NCBI GenBank assembly: GCA_037447435.1
Contig: JBBIGR010000003.1
Coordinates: 140,443 to 204,442 of the forward strand
DNA from: Fibrobacteria bacterium
GTDB taxonomy: Bacteria > Fibrobacterota > Chitinivibrionia > Chitinivibrionales > FEN-1185
Direction of reading: 5' to 3'
Length of the DNA stretch: 64,000 nucleotides
Both the position numbers and the translations under genes were made by a program. Each line of letters begins with the position of its first letter. The first letter of the stretch is position 1. Shown here one piece after another: positions 28,867 through 39,437 of this stretch. Under the pieces are notes generated by a model. The model saw only the letters and a list, made by a program, of their open reading frames with translations, did no database searches and was not told where the DNA came from.

Positions 28867-30087
28867 TCACTCGTACTTAATAATTGAGTTTAATTTTTCT
28901 GTGGCCGTTTCCACGACTTGCGATACCGCCGTTCCCAATAATGACTTTACAAATTGCTGATCGGCGAGGCTGAAGGATAACTTCGAAATGCGCTGCCAGG
29001 AATTTTCCTTGGAATTTGCGCCGCGTTTTTCGGCGACATACTCATTTTCAAACACGACCTTTTTTTCCGGGACATTGATTATTTGAATTGATATTCGGAC
29101 TGTTGCTATGTAGTACTCGCGATATTCGTCGGCCGTTGCCGCAATTTCCGCATGCTGCACAATATCGAAATCCTTGATTTCACCGGATACGACATAGCGG
29201 GCCATTTTCCGTTGTCCAAGAGTTAAAGGGTCTTTGTCGAGGGAATCATAGATTTCTGCTGCTATGTGGCCGTGCTGCAGCTGGTCGGAAAATATTTTTG
29301 CAAACCCCGGCGAGATTTTCCAGGCGCCTGTGTATTTTGACGTGTTTTCAAAAGGAATTATAAGGATTTTGTCTTTGCAATCGCTCGACATTATTTCCCT
29401 GTCGCGATGTCCCTTTACAAGTTGCGCGGCCATTTCCCGCTCCATGACATAGACCGGAACCCAGGATTTCAAACTGTCGATTTCCCGATCGAGCAGAGCT
29501 TTGGGGCCTATTGGATCTTGCGTTATGGGAACAACGGATTGGAAGCTCGCACTAACGAAAATCGATGAGTTTTTTAGGATATTGCGCACCTGCACCGTGC
29601 CGTTGATGACTCTGACGGTACTTGCTTTTGACGCGGTGTCGACTTCTACGGAAAACGAAGTGCCTCGTAACGAAACAACCGAGGTCGGTGTATAAATTTT
29701 CGTGTCGTATTGTTTAATAAGACTTTTAGGTAATATTTCCTTTATGACGAAAAAAACCGCACCGTACATGACCGTGATATGCCGAGAAATGACGTTCGAC
29801 GCATCGTTTTCGTAAAAAGCAAGAAGCACTTGAGAGTTTTGCTGCATATACGACGCGCTTTGGTCGGGCCAACCGAGCTGAACATATGATTTATCGAGTA
29901 CCCGGATGACGTCATTGTTAAAAAGTTTGTCCCCTTTAAAGGTCTTTTGCCAGGTTTGGGTTCCGCTCCGCTGTACTTGAGCATTGCCGACAAGGGAATC
30001 GACGGTCGCATAGGTGTTTTTGCTCGCTGCGCCGGCCGAAACGACGAATAACAAGAATAACGCGGCTGTCATTTGCAATGCTTTCAT
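28867..30087 (-). CDS. FecR-domain exported protein with C-terminal CsgG/TolB-N-like domain
   Basis: TPTSVVSLRGTSFSV..VRVINGTVQV (FecR); ILIIPFEN...YVVSGEIKDF. Confidence 0.75.
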   Translation of the reverse strand: MKALQMTAALFLLFVVSAGAASKNTYATVDSLVGNAQVQRSGTQTWQKTFKGDKLFNNDVIRVLDKSYVQLGWPDQSASYMQQNSQVLLAFYENDASNVISRHITVMYGAVFFVIKEILPKSLIKQYDTKIYTPTSVVSLRGTSFSVEVDTASKASTVRVINGTVQVRNILKNSSIFVSASFQSVVPITQDPIGPKALLDREIDSLKSWVPVYVMEREMAAQLVKGHRDREIMSSDCKDKILIIPFENTSKYTGAWKISPGFAKIFSDQLQHGHIAAEIYDSLDKDPLTLGQRKMARYVVSGEIKDFDIVQHAEIAATADEYREYYIATVRISIQIINVPEKKVVFENEYVAEKRGANSKENSWQRISKLSFSLADQQFVKSLLGTAVSQVVETATEKLNSIIKYE

Positions 30088-30235
30088 AGGCTGCCTTTCA
30101 ACGGTAAAAAAATAGATACCCTTGATTATACCATTTCCGAATCATTTTATTCAAGTCGTACGCTGTTGATTTTCCTTGAAATGAAGTGGTTTTTCAATGA
30201 TTTTTAAATGATCCAATATTCAAAAGGAGCGATTC

Positions 30236-32077
30236 ATGAAGCATACTTTACGCAGTGCGACAACGACAATAGGGCGAAAAATGGCAGGCGCGCGAAGTCT
30301 CTGGCGTGCAAACGGCATGAAGGAAGAACAAATCGGAAAACCGATTATTGCAATAGTCAATTCGTTTACGCAGTTTGTGCCGGGCCATGTCCATTTGCAC
30401 GGGATCGGGCAACATTTGAAAAAAATCATCGAATCGCACGGATGTTTTGCAGCAGAATTCAATACCATCGCCATTGACGACGGTATCGCAATGGGGCATA
30501 ACGGTATGTTGTATTCATTGCCCTCGCGAGAACTTATTGCCGACAGTGTCGAGTACATGATGAACGCTCACATGGCCGATGCCATGATTTGCATTTCCAA
30601 TTGCGATAAGATTACCCCGGGAATGCTTATTGCAAGTATGCGGTTGAATGTTCCTACTGTTTTTGTTTCAGGCGGCCCCATGGAGGCCGGCGTTATCGGA
30701 AACAAAAAATTGGACCTTATCGATGCCATGGTTAAGGCGGCAGACGAATCGGTTTCCGATGAAGAAGTTGCGGCGATTGAATGTGCCGCGTGCCCGTCTT
30801 GCGGATCCTGTTCAGGCCTTTTTACGGCAAATTCCATGAATTGCCTGAATGAAGCTCTTGGATTGGCTTTGCCGGGAAACGGTACCATTGTGGCTACGCA
30901 TAAAAACAGGATGCGATTGTTTGAAACCGCCGCAAAAACCATTGTCGACATCACCAATGCCTATTATACGAAAGGCGATGAATCCGTTTTGCCAAAGTCA
31001 ATCGCGACGCGTCAGGCGTTTCTCAATTCCATGAGTCTCGATATCGCAATGGGCGGCAGCACGAACACCATTCTGCATTTGTTGGCAATCGCTCATGAAG
31101 CCGGTGTCGCATTCACCATGAAGGATATTAACGAATTGTCACGAAAGATTCCCGTGCTTTCAAAAGTCGCACCAAGCTCGTCGTATCACATCGAAGACGT
31201 CAACCGCGCAGGCGGAATCATGGGCATACTTGGCGAACTCGACCGTGCCGGACTTCTTGATACAACGGTTAATCGCATCGATGCGAAAAGCCTGAAAGAA
31301 GTTTTGAAGCAAAACGACATCATGACGAAAACAGTATCCAAGACCGCTGTTGAAAATTATAAAAGCGCACCAACCGCGAAAAAAGGCAGGAATCTTGTTT
31401 TGGCAAGCCAGAATGCCGCATATAAGGAATTGGATAAAGACAGGGCAAAGGGCTGTATCCGCAGTGTCAAGACGCCGTACAACAAAGATGGCGGCTTGGC
31501 GGTACTATTTGGAAATATTGCCAAAAACGGCTGCGTTGTTAAGACCGCAGGGGTCGACGAATCTATTTTCAAATTCAGCGGCCCGGCAAAGGTATTCCAT
31601 TCGCAGGAAGCCTCCTGCGAGGGGATATTGGGCGGAAAAATCAAAGCGGGAGACGTTGTGGTGATTATATACGAAGGCCCCAAAGGCGGCCCGGGTATGC
31701 AGGAGATGTTATACCCGACCTCTTATATAAAATCTATGCATCTGGGTGCGCAATGCGCGCTCATTACCGACGGTCGTTTTTCTGGCGGAACTTCTGGTTT
31801 GTCCATCGGCCACGTTTCACCCGAAGCTGCCGCAGGCGGGGATATCGGATTGATTAAAAACGGGGATATCATCGAAATCGACATTCCCCAGCGGACGATA
31901 AATGTCAAGATTTCAAAGCAAGAGCTTGCCGCGCGTAGGGCTGCGGAGTTGAAGAAAGGTGCAAAGGCCTTTAAGCCGGTTCGGAAACGGATCATTTCCG
32001 ATGCATTGAAAGCCTATGCGCTTATGGCAGCCTCTGCAGACAAAGGAGCCGTGAGAATAGTACCTGAAAAATTTTGA
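30236..32077 (+). CDS. ilvD: Dihydroxy-acid dehydratase
   Basis: [56 protein letters not shown]. Confidence 0.98.
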   Translation: MKHTLRSATTTIGRKMAGARSLWRANGMKEEQIGKPIIAIVNSFTQFVPGHVHLHGIGQHLKKIIESHGCFAAEFNTIAIDDGIAMGHNGMLYSLPSRELIADSVEYMMNAHMADAMICISNCDKITPGMLIASMRLNVPTVFVSGGPMEAGVIGNKKLDLIDAMVKAADESVSDEEVAAIECAACPSCGSCSGLFTANSMNCLNEALGLALPGNGTIVATHKNRMRLFETAAKTIVDITNAYYTKGDESVLPKSIATRQAFLNSMSLDIAMGGSTNTILHLLAIAHEAGVAFTMKDINELSRKIPVLSKVAPSSSYHIEDVNRAGGIMGILGELDRAGLLDTTVNRIDAKSLKEVLKQNDIMTKTVSKTAVENYKSAPTAKKGRNLVLASQNAAYKELDKDRAKGCIRSVKTPYNKDGGLAVLFGNIAKNGCVVKTAGVDESIFKFSGPAKVFHSQEASCEGILGGKIKAGDVVVIIYEGPKGGPGMQEMLYPTSYIKSMHLGAQCALITDGRFSGGTSGLSIGHVSPEAAAGGDIGLIKNGDIIEIDIPQRTINVKISKQELAARRAAELKKGAKAFKPVRKRIISDALKAYALMAASADKGAVRIVPEKF

Positions 32078-32219
32078 AAACTTGCAGGATGCTTCGTGAT
32101 AAAGTTTACGTAGGCGGATTGTCCGCGTACTATCAGATGAATAAATCCATTGATGTCATTTAATGTCAATGGATTTATTCAATGCAGAATACCTTCAAAA
32201 TAGAGAAAAAGAGTTGGTC

Positions 32220-32876
32220 ATGAAACCTTCAGCTAAAGCATATTTTGACGACTGCATACTATCGTTTCCCGTGCTTTTGGATTGCAAAAGCGACATTGAA
32301 AAAGCGTTCGACATACTGGTTTCATGCTATCGGGCCGACGGTAAGGTGTTGACATGTGGTAACGGCGGCAGTGCTGCGGATGCAGATCATATTGTCGGTG
32401 AACTCATGAATAAATTCGCGTTAAAGCGGCCGCTTCGCGAGCAGGATAAACGGGCTGTGTCGTCGAGTGGCGTTTCTTTGGAAGAAAAAGAATTCCTATA
32501 TTCGCATTTACAACGTCAATTGCCTGCAATTTCACTTTCCGCCCATTCCCCGCTGGTTACCGCAATAGCAAACGACGAAGACGCTTTGATGATTTTCGGA
32601 CAGCAGGTCTTTGGGTACGGCAGACCCGGCGATGTTCTTATGGCATTGTCAACCTCTGGAAATTCGAAAAACGTCATTATAGCCTTGCACATTGCAAAGA
32701 TTTTCGGTCTCCGGACGATTTGTCTTACGGGAAAAGATGGCGGAGCAATGAAATCCCTTAGCAGCGATGTTTGTATTTGTGTGCCCGAAACAATTACTTA
32801 TAAAATTCAACAGTTGCATCAGCCGGTTTACCATTGCCTTTGCGCAATGGTCGAAACCGAATTGTTTTCATCGTAA
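32220..32876 (+). CDS. gmhA: Phosphoheptose isomerase (SIS domain)
   Basis: CGNGGSAADADH, TAIAND, STSGNSKNV, IQQLH; alternative start 32163. Confidence 0.85.
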   Translation: MKPSAKAYFDDCILSFPVLLDCKSDIEKAFDILVSCYRADGKVLTCGNGGSAADADHIVGELMNKFALKRPLREQDKRAVSSSGVSLEEKEFLYSHLQRQLPAISLSAHSPLVTAIANDEDALMIFGQQVFGYGRPGDVLMALSTSGNSKNVIIALHIAKIFGLRTICLTGKDGGAMKSLSSDVCICVPETITYKIQQLHQPVYHCLCAMVETELFSS

Positions 32877-33194
32877 TGAAATTACCAATTAGGAAAATAT
32901 TTCTCCTAAATTTATGCCTCCAGTTTTTTTCCTTCAATTTTGGCAAACACCGGTAACACAATATAATTGCTGTAATTTCGTGAAATCCCTTCAAAAATTG
33001 CTGCAATTTCGCCTGTTTTGCAAAGGCGTACGGTCTTTTGTAAAGTAAAAAGCCTGCTTGTCGATATTTTTTTATTCGCTGCTTGTGATAAATCTACTCC
33101 TGGTTTTAACAATCCCTTGCATCATTGTTTTCAATCTATTACGCTCCATTTTGCAATTGAAATGGAATAGAATTCAATAAAATTTTCAAAATAT

Positions 33195-33211
33195 GTATTG
33201 CAAAAGAATAC
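33195..33211. promoter_or_regulatory. Candidate regulator site, copy 1
   Basis: GTATTG-caaaa-GAATAC upstream of GH3; second GAATAC at 33303. Confidence 0.65.
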
Positions 33212-33423
33212 GAAAAAAAAATTAAAACAATAAAAAAACCGTAAAAAACAAAAAAAACACTTAAATTTAGTATTGTTAAAGCCTAATGTATTATAAAATT
33301 AAGAATACGCTTTAATAAAGGGGGTAGAGATGAACAAGACAATTCAGGCAAATAACCCATCTTAGTAAGAATCTAAAATCTGAAGCCGTTTAATCTTTTT
33401 TTTGTGAAATTATGGAGGCTCAA

Positions 33424-35814
33424 ATGAAAAAAATATTGAATCGTGTAATGGTTTTTTTAGGACTCGTAGCCTGCACTGCAAGCTGGGCGCAGATCGGACA
33501 AATCACGAATCCTGGCCGTGTTGTTGATGCGCAGGGCCAGCCCTTGAAAAATGCGATGATAACCTATACGGATCCGGCTAAACGGCTTAACTACGATTTT
33601 TCTGATGCGAGCGGAAATTTTGGACCGGCAAAAATTTCCTCTGCGGTTTCGTCCAAGGCAGTTTCCAGCACGGTGCCCAGCCTTTTAACCGATGTTTCTA
33701 CCGTTGGATCAAAGGTGCATTTTTTTCTCGGTTCATCACAAAAGGTGAGTATCGAAATATCCAATATGACAGGAAGGCGTATTGCCACTGTTTTTGACAA
33801 AAATCTTGAAAGAGGTTCTTATACTATTGATTTAAACGGTGCGATGCGCTCTAAAATTGCAAATAATGTTTATTTTGTAAAAATAAAAGCCAATAATGAA
33901 AGTGCGATTAGAAAATTAGTTGCTGTAGGTAATGCTGTTTCAGGTTTTGCCGGATCCTCGCCCGATGCAATCAATCCTGTTTTTTCTGCGGTTGCCAAGA
34001 AAATGGCCGGTTCCGAGCTTCGAATCGGAAAAACAGGGTATAAGCCCGTATTGATTACGCCGGCTTCGGCCACCGAAGATGTTAAAACGATCACCTTGGT
34101 TAAAATCAATATTGAATCGCGTGTCGATTCGGTCATGTCGAAAATGTCGCTTGACGATAAAATCATGTTGATGACTGAAGATAATCCGGACGCAGGTAAT
34201 CCTTATAAATCCGGAACCGGAATATGGAATGCCGGAGCTGCTCCCGGTGCGAACGATTTTAATTCTTGGAATAATAATCGTATGTCGCAAGGCCTTAAAA
34301 TTCCGGGGTTGTCCGGATACGATTGTGTCCACGGATATATCGGCGGCGGATCAACAGAAGGAACGATGTTTCCTCATAATCAGGCAATGGGGTGTATACA
34401 AGACACCACCCTTATTCAAATGGCCGGACGTGTAACAGCAATCGAGAGCGCAAGCAGGGGAGTGTATTGGGCGTTTGCGCCTTGTGTTGCTGTGTGCAGG
34501 GATGAGCATTGGGGGCGAATTTACGAAGGCCCCGGCGAAACTCCGGAAATCTGTGCAAAAGTAGGCCGCAACCTAATTCTTGGAATGCAAGGTCGAGATC
34601 TTTCTCTTAATACTTCTATTTGCGCAACTGCAAAGCATTTTGCCGGTGATGGCGGTACGCAAGGCGGCACAAATGCCGGCAATACGGTTGGGCCGGATGC
34701 GGTCCTGCGTGCGATTCATCTTCCGCCGTATGTCGCTGCTATCGAAGCGGAAGTAGCTTGCGTTATGCCTTCCTTTTCAAACTGGAATGGCGTCGGCAGT
34801 CATGCCAATAAGCCGCTTCTTACCGATTGGTTGAAAACGCAGCAAGGATTCGACGGCTTTGTTGTCGGCGACTGGGCTGCCCACACTTTCCAGGGCGGAT
34901 CCGACAGGCAGTCATGTGTCAATGCGACGATAAGTGCGGGGTTAGACAATCCTATGTCGCCTGGAATTGCCGATCAAACCAAGGGTGATATTAAAAACGG
35001 CAATGCGAGCGGCGCGATTTCTACAGACCGGATCAACGATGCTTGTCGGAGAATACTTCGGGTATTGTTCAGAAAAGGGTTATTCGAAAATTATAACGCC
35101 GTAGCTGGGTACAGCGGTTATTTCCATGGTGCGGAACATAAGGATGTTGCCCGTAAATGCGTTGCCGCCTCCATGGTTGTGTTGAAAAACGAGAATAATA
35201 CTCTGCCGCTGAAAAAGACGCAAAAAATTGCGGTCATCGGCGCGTGGGGAAATGATGTCGGTTTGCAATGCGGCGGATGGACTCTTGGCTGGCAAGGTGC
35301 GGCAGCAGCCCAACGTCCCGCAGGTACCACGCTTTTTATGTCGTTGCAGCAACAAGGAAGCGGCAATTCGGTTAGTTTTTCAGCGGACGGAAGCAATATA
35401 CCCGGTGATGCGGCCGTTGTAGTGGTTTGCGTAGGAATAGACCCTGCTGCCGAATATACAAAGACAAATGATCAGGTACAATTAAATGCTTCGAACAATG
35501 GAAAAATCAATGACCTCATGAATAAGGCAAAAGCATCGAATAAGCCGATTGTACTGGTACTCTATACCGATGGCCCTGCCGTTGTTACCCAGGCCATCAG
35601 CGATTCCAAGGCTGTGGTCTGTGCGTGGCTCGGAAGTCCTGAAGGTGCGGGTTTCGGCGATATTCTTTACGGTGATGTCCATCCGACCGGAAAGCTTAAC
35701 CATACCTGGCCTGCAACCGTGTCGCAGATTCCGATCAATGACGGAAATATGGGTGATGCGGTAGGTTCGGGAGGCGCACCATTGTTTCCTCTTGGGCATG
35801 GCTTGACATATTAG
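33424..35814 (+). CDS. Secreted GH3 beta-glucosidase with N-terminal accessory region
   Basis: YDCVHG, RDEHWGRIYE, AKHFAGDG, GFVVGDW, VVLKNEN, PTGKLNHTWP, PLFPLGHGLTY; GGAGG RBS. Confidence 0.92.
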   Translation: MKKILNRVMVFLGLVACTASWAQIGQITNPGRVVDAQGQPLKNAMITYTDPAKRLNYDFSDASGNFGPAKISSAVSSKAVSSTVPSLLTDVSTVGSKVHFFLGSSQKVSIEISNMTGRRIATVFDKNLERGSYTIDLNGAMRSKIANNVYFVKIKANNESAIRKLVAVGNAVSGFAGSSPDAINPVFSAVAKKMAGSELRIGKTGYKPVLITPASATEDVKTITLVKINIESRVDSVMSKMSLDDKIMLMTEDNPDAGNPYKSGTGIWNAGAAPGANDFNSWNNNRMSQGLKIPGLSGYDCVHGYIGGGSTEGTMFPHNQAMGCIQDTTLIQMAGRVTAIESASRGVYWAFAPCVAVCRDEHWGRIYEGPGETPEICAKVGRNLILGMQGRDLSLNTSICATAKHFAGDGGTQGGTNAGNTVGPDAVLRAIHLPPYVAAIEAEVACVMPSFSNWNGVGSHANKPLLTDWLKTQQGFDGFVVGDWAAHTFQGGSDRQSCVNATISAGLDNPMSPGIADQTKGDIKNGNASGAISTDRINDACRRILRVLFRKGLFENYNAVAGYSGYFHGAEHKDVARKCVAASMVVLKNENNTLPLKKTQKIAVIGAWGNDVGLQCGGWTLGWQGAAAAQRPAGTTLFMSLQQQGSGNSVSFSADGSNIPGDAAVVVVCVGIDPAAEYTKTNDQVQLNASNNGKINDLMNKAKASNKPIVLVLYTDGPAVVTQAISDSKAVVCAWLGSPEGAGFGDILYGDVHPTGKLNHTWPATVSQIPINDGNMGDAVGSGGAPLFPLGHGLTY

Positions 35815-35865
35815 TATATAAGATTTAATTAAAAAATAATCAATTTACAAAAAAGGGAGGGTGAC

Positions 35866-36915
35866 GTGAAACGAGTAATGACGATCCTGTGTGCGGCAAG
35901 CGTGTCGTACGGTGCTATGGTCCTCGATGATTTTCAAGGAAGCCTTGGTAATACTCCGCCGCAAACCAATTTAGGTGCTGCAATCGGAATTCAAAACGGC
36001 AATTTGGCAGCCGGAAAAGGCGTTTGGACTGCAGATCATGATAATCAGGGTTCCTTTATTCGCGATGCGTCCGGGAGCGATATAAATCCAGCAAACAATT
36101 TTATTACCAAAACAGACGGTCTTCATGCAAAATTTTCGCTTCACGCTGTTTTTACCGATACGGTTACCGATCCTGCAAACCCGGCAAAAGTATACGGCTG
36201 GTGCTCTTTCGGAGCGACTTTTTCTGGTTCCGGAGCCACTGCCCCGTATTATGATCTTACAAAAATGACTGGCGTTTTAATTAAGGCCAAGGGAACCGGT
36301 GCCGTGCATGTCAGTTTTAACACAAAAGAGAATGCGACGTGGGCTTGGGGCGATTTCGGTTCGACGATATTGCTGGACCCGACAACGATGACCGATTTTT
36401 TGATCAGTGCCAGCGATCTCATGCCGTCGCTTTATTCCGATGGCGCTACTAAAGGGAAAAGCTGGGCAACAGACGGTGCTCCAAAAGTCAACAGGATCGT
36501 GTTCGGCCTCGCAAATGCCGGAGATACGGCTGAAATAACAATAAAAGAAATTGTTTTACTTGGAGTGAATCCGGCGGATTTCGGTATAACCTCTTATACC
36601 GGGCCTACCTATGAAGAGGTGACCGCCATTTCTTCTCCCAAAGCAAACTATGCGGGAGTAATGAATTCGCTGTCATGTCCTGCGATATTCCGGCCAAACA
36701 GCTCGTTTTCAGTATCGACTTTATCACGTTCTTCTTTGAGTATTTATGACTTGTCTGGGACACGAATAGCGGTTTTAAATGGAAACATTGGAACGAAAAA
36801 TATTTATTGGAACGGTGCCGATGCTTCCGGAGCTTTAGTTGCAAACGGGACATATTTGGTAGAAGCACGAATGGACGGTGTCACGGTTTCACGGAGATTC
36901 CAATTTGTAAGGTGA
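35866..36915 (+). CDS. Secreted CBM11/CIA30-like protein with FlgD/T9SS-type tail
   Basis: VLDDF...YDLTKMTGVLIKAKG; tail IYDLSG..WNGADASGALVANGTYLV. Confidence 0.7.
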   Translation: MKRVMTILCAASVSYGAMVLDDFQGSLGNTPPQTNLGAAIGIQNGNLAAGKGVWTADHDNQGSFIRDASGSDINPANNFITKTDGLHAKFSLHAVFTDTVTDPANPAKVYGWCSFGATFSGSGATAPYYDLTKMTGVLIKAKGTGAVHVSFNTKENATWAWGDFGSTILLDPTTMTDFLISASDLMPSLYSDGATKGKSWATDGAPKVNRIVFGLANAGDTAEITIKEIVLLGVNPADFGITSYTGPTYEEVTAISSPKANYAGVMNSLSCPAIFRPNSSFSVSTLSRSSLSIYDLSGTRIAVLNGNIGTKNIYWNGADASGALVANGTYLVEARMDGVTVSRRFQFVR

Positions 36916-37044
36916 TGAGGACCATGGTACTTTAACGTAATCCGGTAGGTATGACTAATGCGGAAGCCTTCTTGCCCCCCAAACAGGATTCCGCGAAATA
37001 CCTGCCGGATTTTTACAATTTGAAAAATAAAAAAAGGAGCCTTC

Positions 37045-38391
37045 ATGCGATTTGATCGCTTAGCCGGGAAATTTTCAATTGCAGTAATTCTGTTGTTTGT
37101 ATCTTCTTTTGTTTATGGAAACACTTCTCCCGTCGGGTCGCCGGCGGAAGTAAACGGTGTTCTGCACGTTCATGGAACAAATTTATGCAATCAGTATGGG
37201 ATGCCCATTCAGTTGCGTGGCGTGAGTACTCATGGCTTGCAATGGTTTCCAACTTGTTATACGAACGGTAAAAGCATCAACGCGCTTGCTCAGAGCTGGC
37301 ACGGCGACGTATTACGCGCGGTTATGTATATCGAGGAACAGGGATATCTGACTAATCCCGCTTCTTTCAGAAAGATGATCGATAATATCGTTGATACCTG
37401 CAAAGCTGCCGGCATCTATTGCATTATCGACTGGCATGTGCATTGGCCTGGAAACCCGATGGCCGATATAGATTCTGCGGTTTCTTTTTGGACGTATATG
37501 TCAAACAAACATAAAGCGGATCCGGTTCTGTACGAAATTTGCAATGAGCCTTCGAATGCCGACGCCAACGGGAATGCCGGAACCTATACGAATTGGTCCA
37601 CGATTAAAACCTATGCGGATTCAATTATTCATGTAATCAGACGAAACGATACGAATACCGTCGTTTTGGTAGGTACTCCTTCCTGGTCTACGCTTGGTTT
37701 GTCCACAAATTCGAATGGAAGCGATATGCACGATATCGAAAACAATAAATTGATCGATAAGAATGCGATGTACGTATTCCATTTTTATGCGAATCACCAT
37801 TATTTTTCCGATAGCATCAACGCTGTTGCAAGTAGGCTCCCTCTGTTTTGCACCGAATGGGCTGCATCAAGCTATACGACCGATAGCCAAAACGATAGTG
37901 CTGCGGCGCAGGTTTGGATTAATATTATGGCAAAGCATAAGATAGGTTGGTGTTATTTCGATTTTTCGGATGGAGCCAATGACATAATGTCTATGTTCAA
38001 ATCGGGAACCTGTCCTTCAGGCTCTTATGCTGTTGATGGCGGAAATCTTACTTCTACTGGAAAACTGGTGAATTATTGGATGAATAATCCGCCGGACTCC
38101 TTTCCCGTGCCGGTGACCCAGTGCCTTGCGCGCAATGATAAGAATAATTCAAACGTGGCTCTTTCGATGAAAGGGAAAGAAATTTCATTGGTTTATGCAA
38201 ATCCTTCGCGTGCTTTTGGTACAATTTCATTATATTCGGCATTAGGCGTCAAGGTTTTTGAATCCAGAGCCATACTAGGTGCAGGAATGCATACGGTTAA
38301 AATCAATGCCCGATCCTTAAGGTCCGGCGTTTATGTTCTCCGATTGGTTATCGGAGAAACAGCCGTTACAAGGAATTTTGTTCTTCCTTGA
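37045..38391 (+). CDS. GH5 endoglucanase (GH5_2-like) with sorting tail
   Basis: QLRGVSTHGLQW, IIDWH, YEICNEP, FHFY, FCTEW; tail LYSALG..SGVYVLRL. Confidence 0.92.
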   Translation: MRFDRLAGKFSIAVILLFVSSFVYGNTSPVGSPAEVNGVLHVHGTNLCNQYGMPIQLRGVSTHGLQWFPTCYTNGKSINALAQSWHGDVLRAVMYIEEQGYLTNPASFRKMIDNIVDTCKAAGIYCIIDWHVHWPGNPMADIDSAVSFWTYMSNKHKADPVLYEICNEPSNADANGNAGTYTNWSTIKTYADSIIHVIRRNDTNTVVLVGTPSWSTLGLSTNSNGSDMHDIENNKLIDKNAMYVFHFYANHHYFSDSINAVASRLPLFCTEWAASSYTTDSQNDSAAAQVWINIMAKHKIGWCYFDFSDGANDIMSMFKSGTCPSGSYAVDGGNLTSTGKLVNYWMNNPPDSFPVPVTQCLARNDKNNSNVALSMKGKEISLVYANPSRAFGTISLYSALGVKVFESRAILGAGMHTVKINARSLRSGVYVLRLVIGETAVTRNFVLP

Positions 38392-38528
38392 AACCGGCTT
38401 GCAAAAATATCGGGAAAATTTGACGGCATATACTGGTAATATGCAGCGATACTTGTAAAATGATAACTGCGGATAGATTAAGCGGGAAGTAATTTTAACA
38501 GCATCACTGCTTTCATAAGGACTATACT

Positions 38529-39437
38529 ATGCCATACATTTTTAACTACACGGATTACCGGAAATACCTTGAAGATTTTTTTGAAGAACAAAAGAAAAAG
38601 CTTCCGGTATTTTCACACCGGTATTTAGCGCAAAAACTCGGATTGTCGACGCCGAATTACGTTCTCCTGGTTATGCAGGGTAAACGTAAGCTAAGCAAAA
38701 ATGTATGTATAAAATTATCGCAAGTATTTAAAATGAGCGACGAGGAGTCGCGCTATTTTGAAACGCTTGTCGATTTTATGCACGCGCAAAATCACGAAGC
38801 GAAAAACCGGTATTTCAATACTCTTATCCTTATCCGTCGAAAATTAACAGTCTCGAAAATTGATGAATGGCAGTATGAATATTATAGTAAATGGTATAAT
38901 CTCGTTGTCCGTGAACTTGTTGTTCGTGAAGATTATTCCGGCGACGTTAAAGCCCTTGCAAAGCGATTATCGCCTCCAATTACGGAGGCCGATGCACGTA
39001 AATCGATTGAGTTGCTTTTAAAGTTACAGCTTATTAAGCAAGTAGATGGAAAATTCGTACAATCCGACCCGGTCATTAGCACAGGCAATGTAGTCGATTC
39101 GTTGGCAGTGGCGAATTTCCATCGGATAATGGCCCACATGGCTGCTGAATCGTTTGATCGCCACAAAAGAAATGAACGAAGTATTTCGTCCTGTACGGTC
39201 AGCTTGACAGAAGAAGATTTTCAACAGTTACGAAGAGAAATTGTCGAATTACGAAAAAAATCGCTCGCATTAGCCGAAGAACACGCGGCGATTCGCGGTA
39301 AACGAGTGTATCAATTCAATTTCCAGCTGTTTCCTCTGTCCGAACCAGACGAAGCAGGACCAGATCTGCCCCAGGAAAAGGATGCGCCTCCGGTATTTGT
39401 AAATAGGAGAGACAATAATGAAATTGAATCAAATTAA
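38529..39437 (+). CDS. TIGR02147/DUF4423 family protein with N-terminal HTH
   Basis: IFNYTDYRKYL, FSHRYLAQKLG, GKRKLS, YYSKWYNLVVREL, VYQFNFQLFPLS. Confidence 0.85.
   Translation: MPYIFNYTDYRKYLEDFFEEQKKKLPVFSHRYLAQKLGLSTPNYVLLVMQGKRKLSKNVCIKLSQVFKMSDEESRYFETLVDFMHAQNHEAKNRYFNTLILIRRKLTVSKIDEWQYEYYSKWYNLVVRELVVREDYSGDVKALAKRLSPPITEADARKSIELLLKLQLIKQVDGKFVQSDPVISTGNVVDSLAVANFHRIMAHMAAESFDRHKRNERSISSCTVSLTEEDFQQLRREIVELRKKSLALAEEHAAIRGKRVYQFNFQLFPLSEPDEAGPDLPQEKDAPPVFVNRRDNNEIESN

Noticed and set aside
32175..32192. TTATTC-N6-GAATAC upstream of gmhA as a sixth motif copy
   Set aside because: Spacer is 6 rather than 5, there is one mismatch, no partner site is seen, and it may lie in coding sequence
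38426..38444. GCATAT-N7-ATATGC upstream of the TIGR02147 gene as an autoregulatory site
   Set aside because: Single short inverted repeat that differs from the main motif; could be chance
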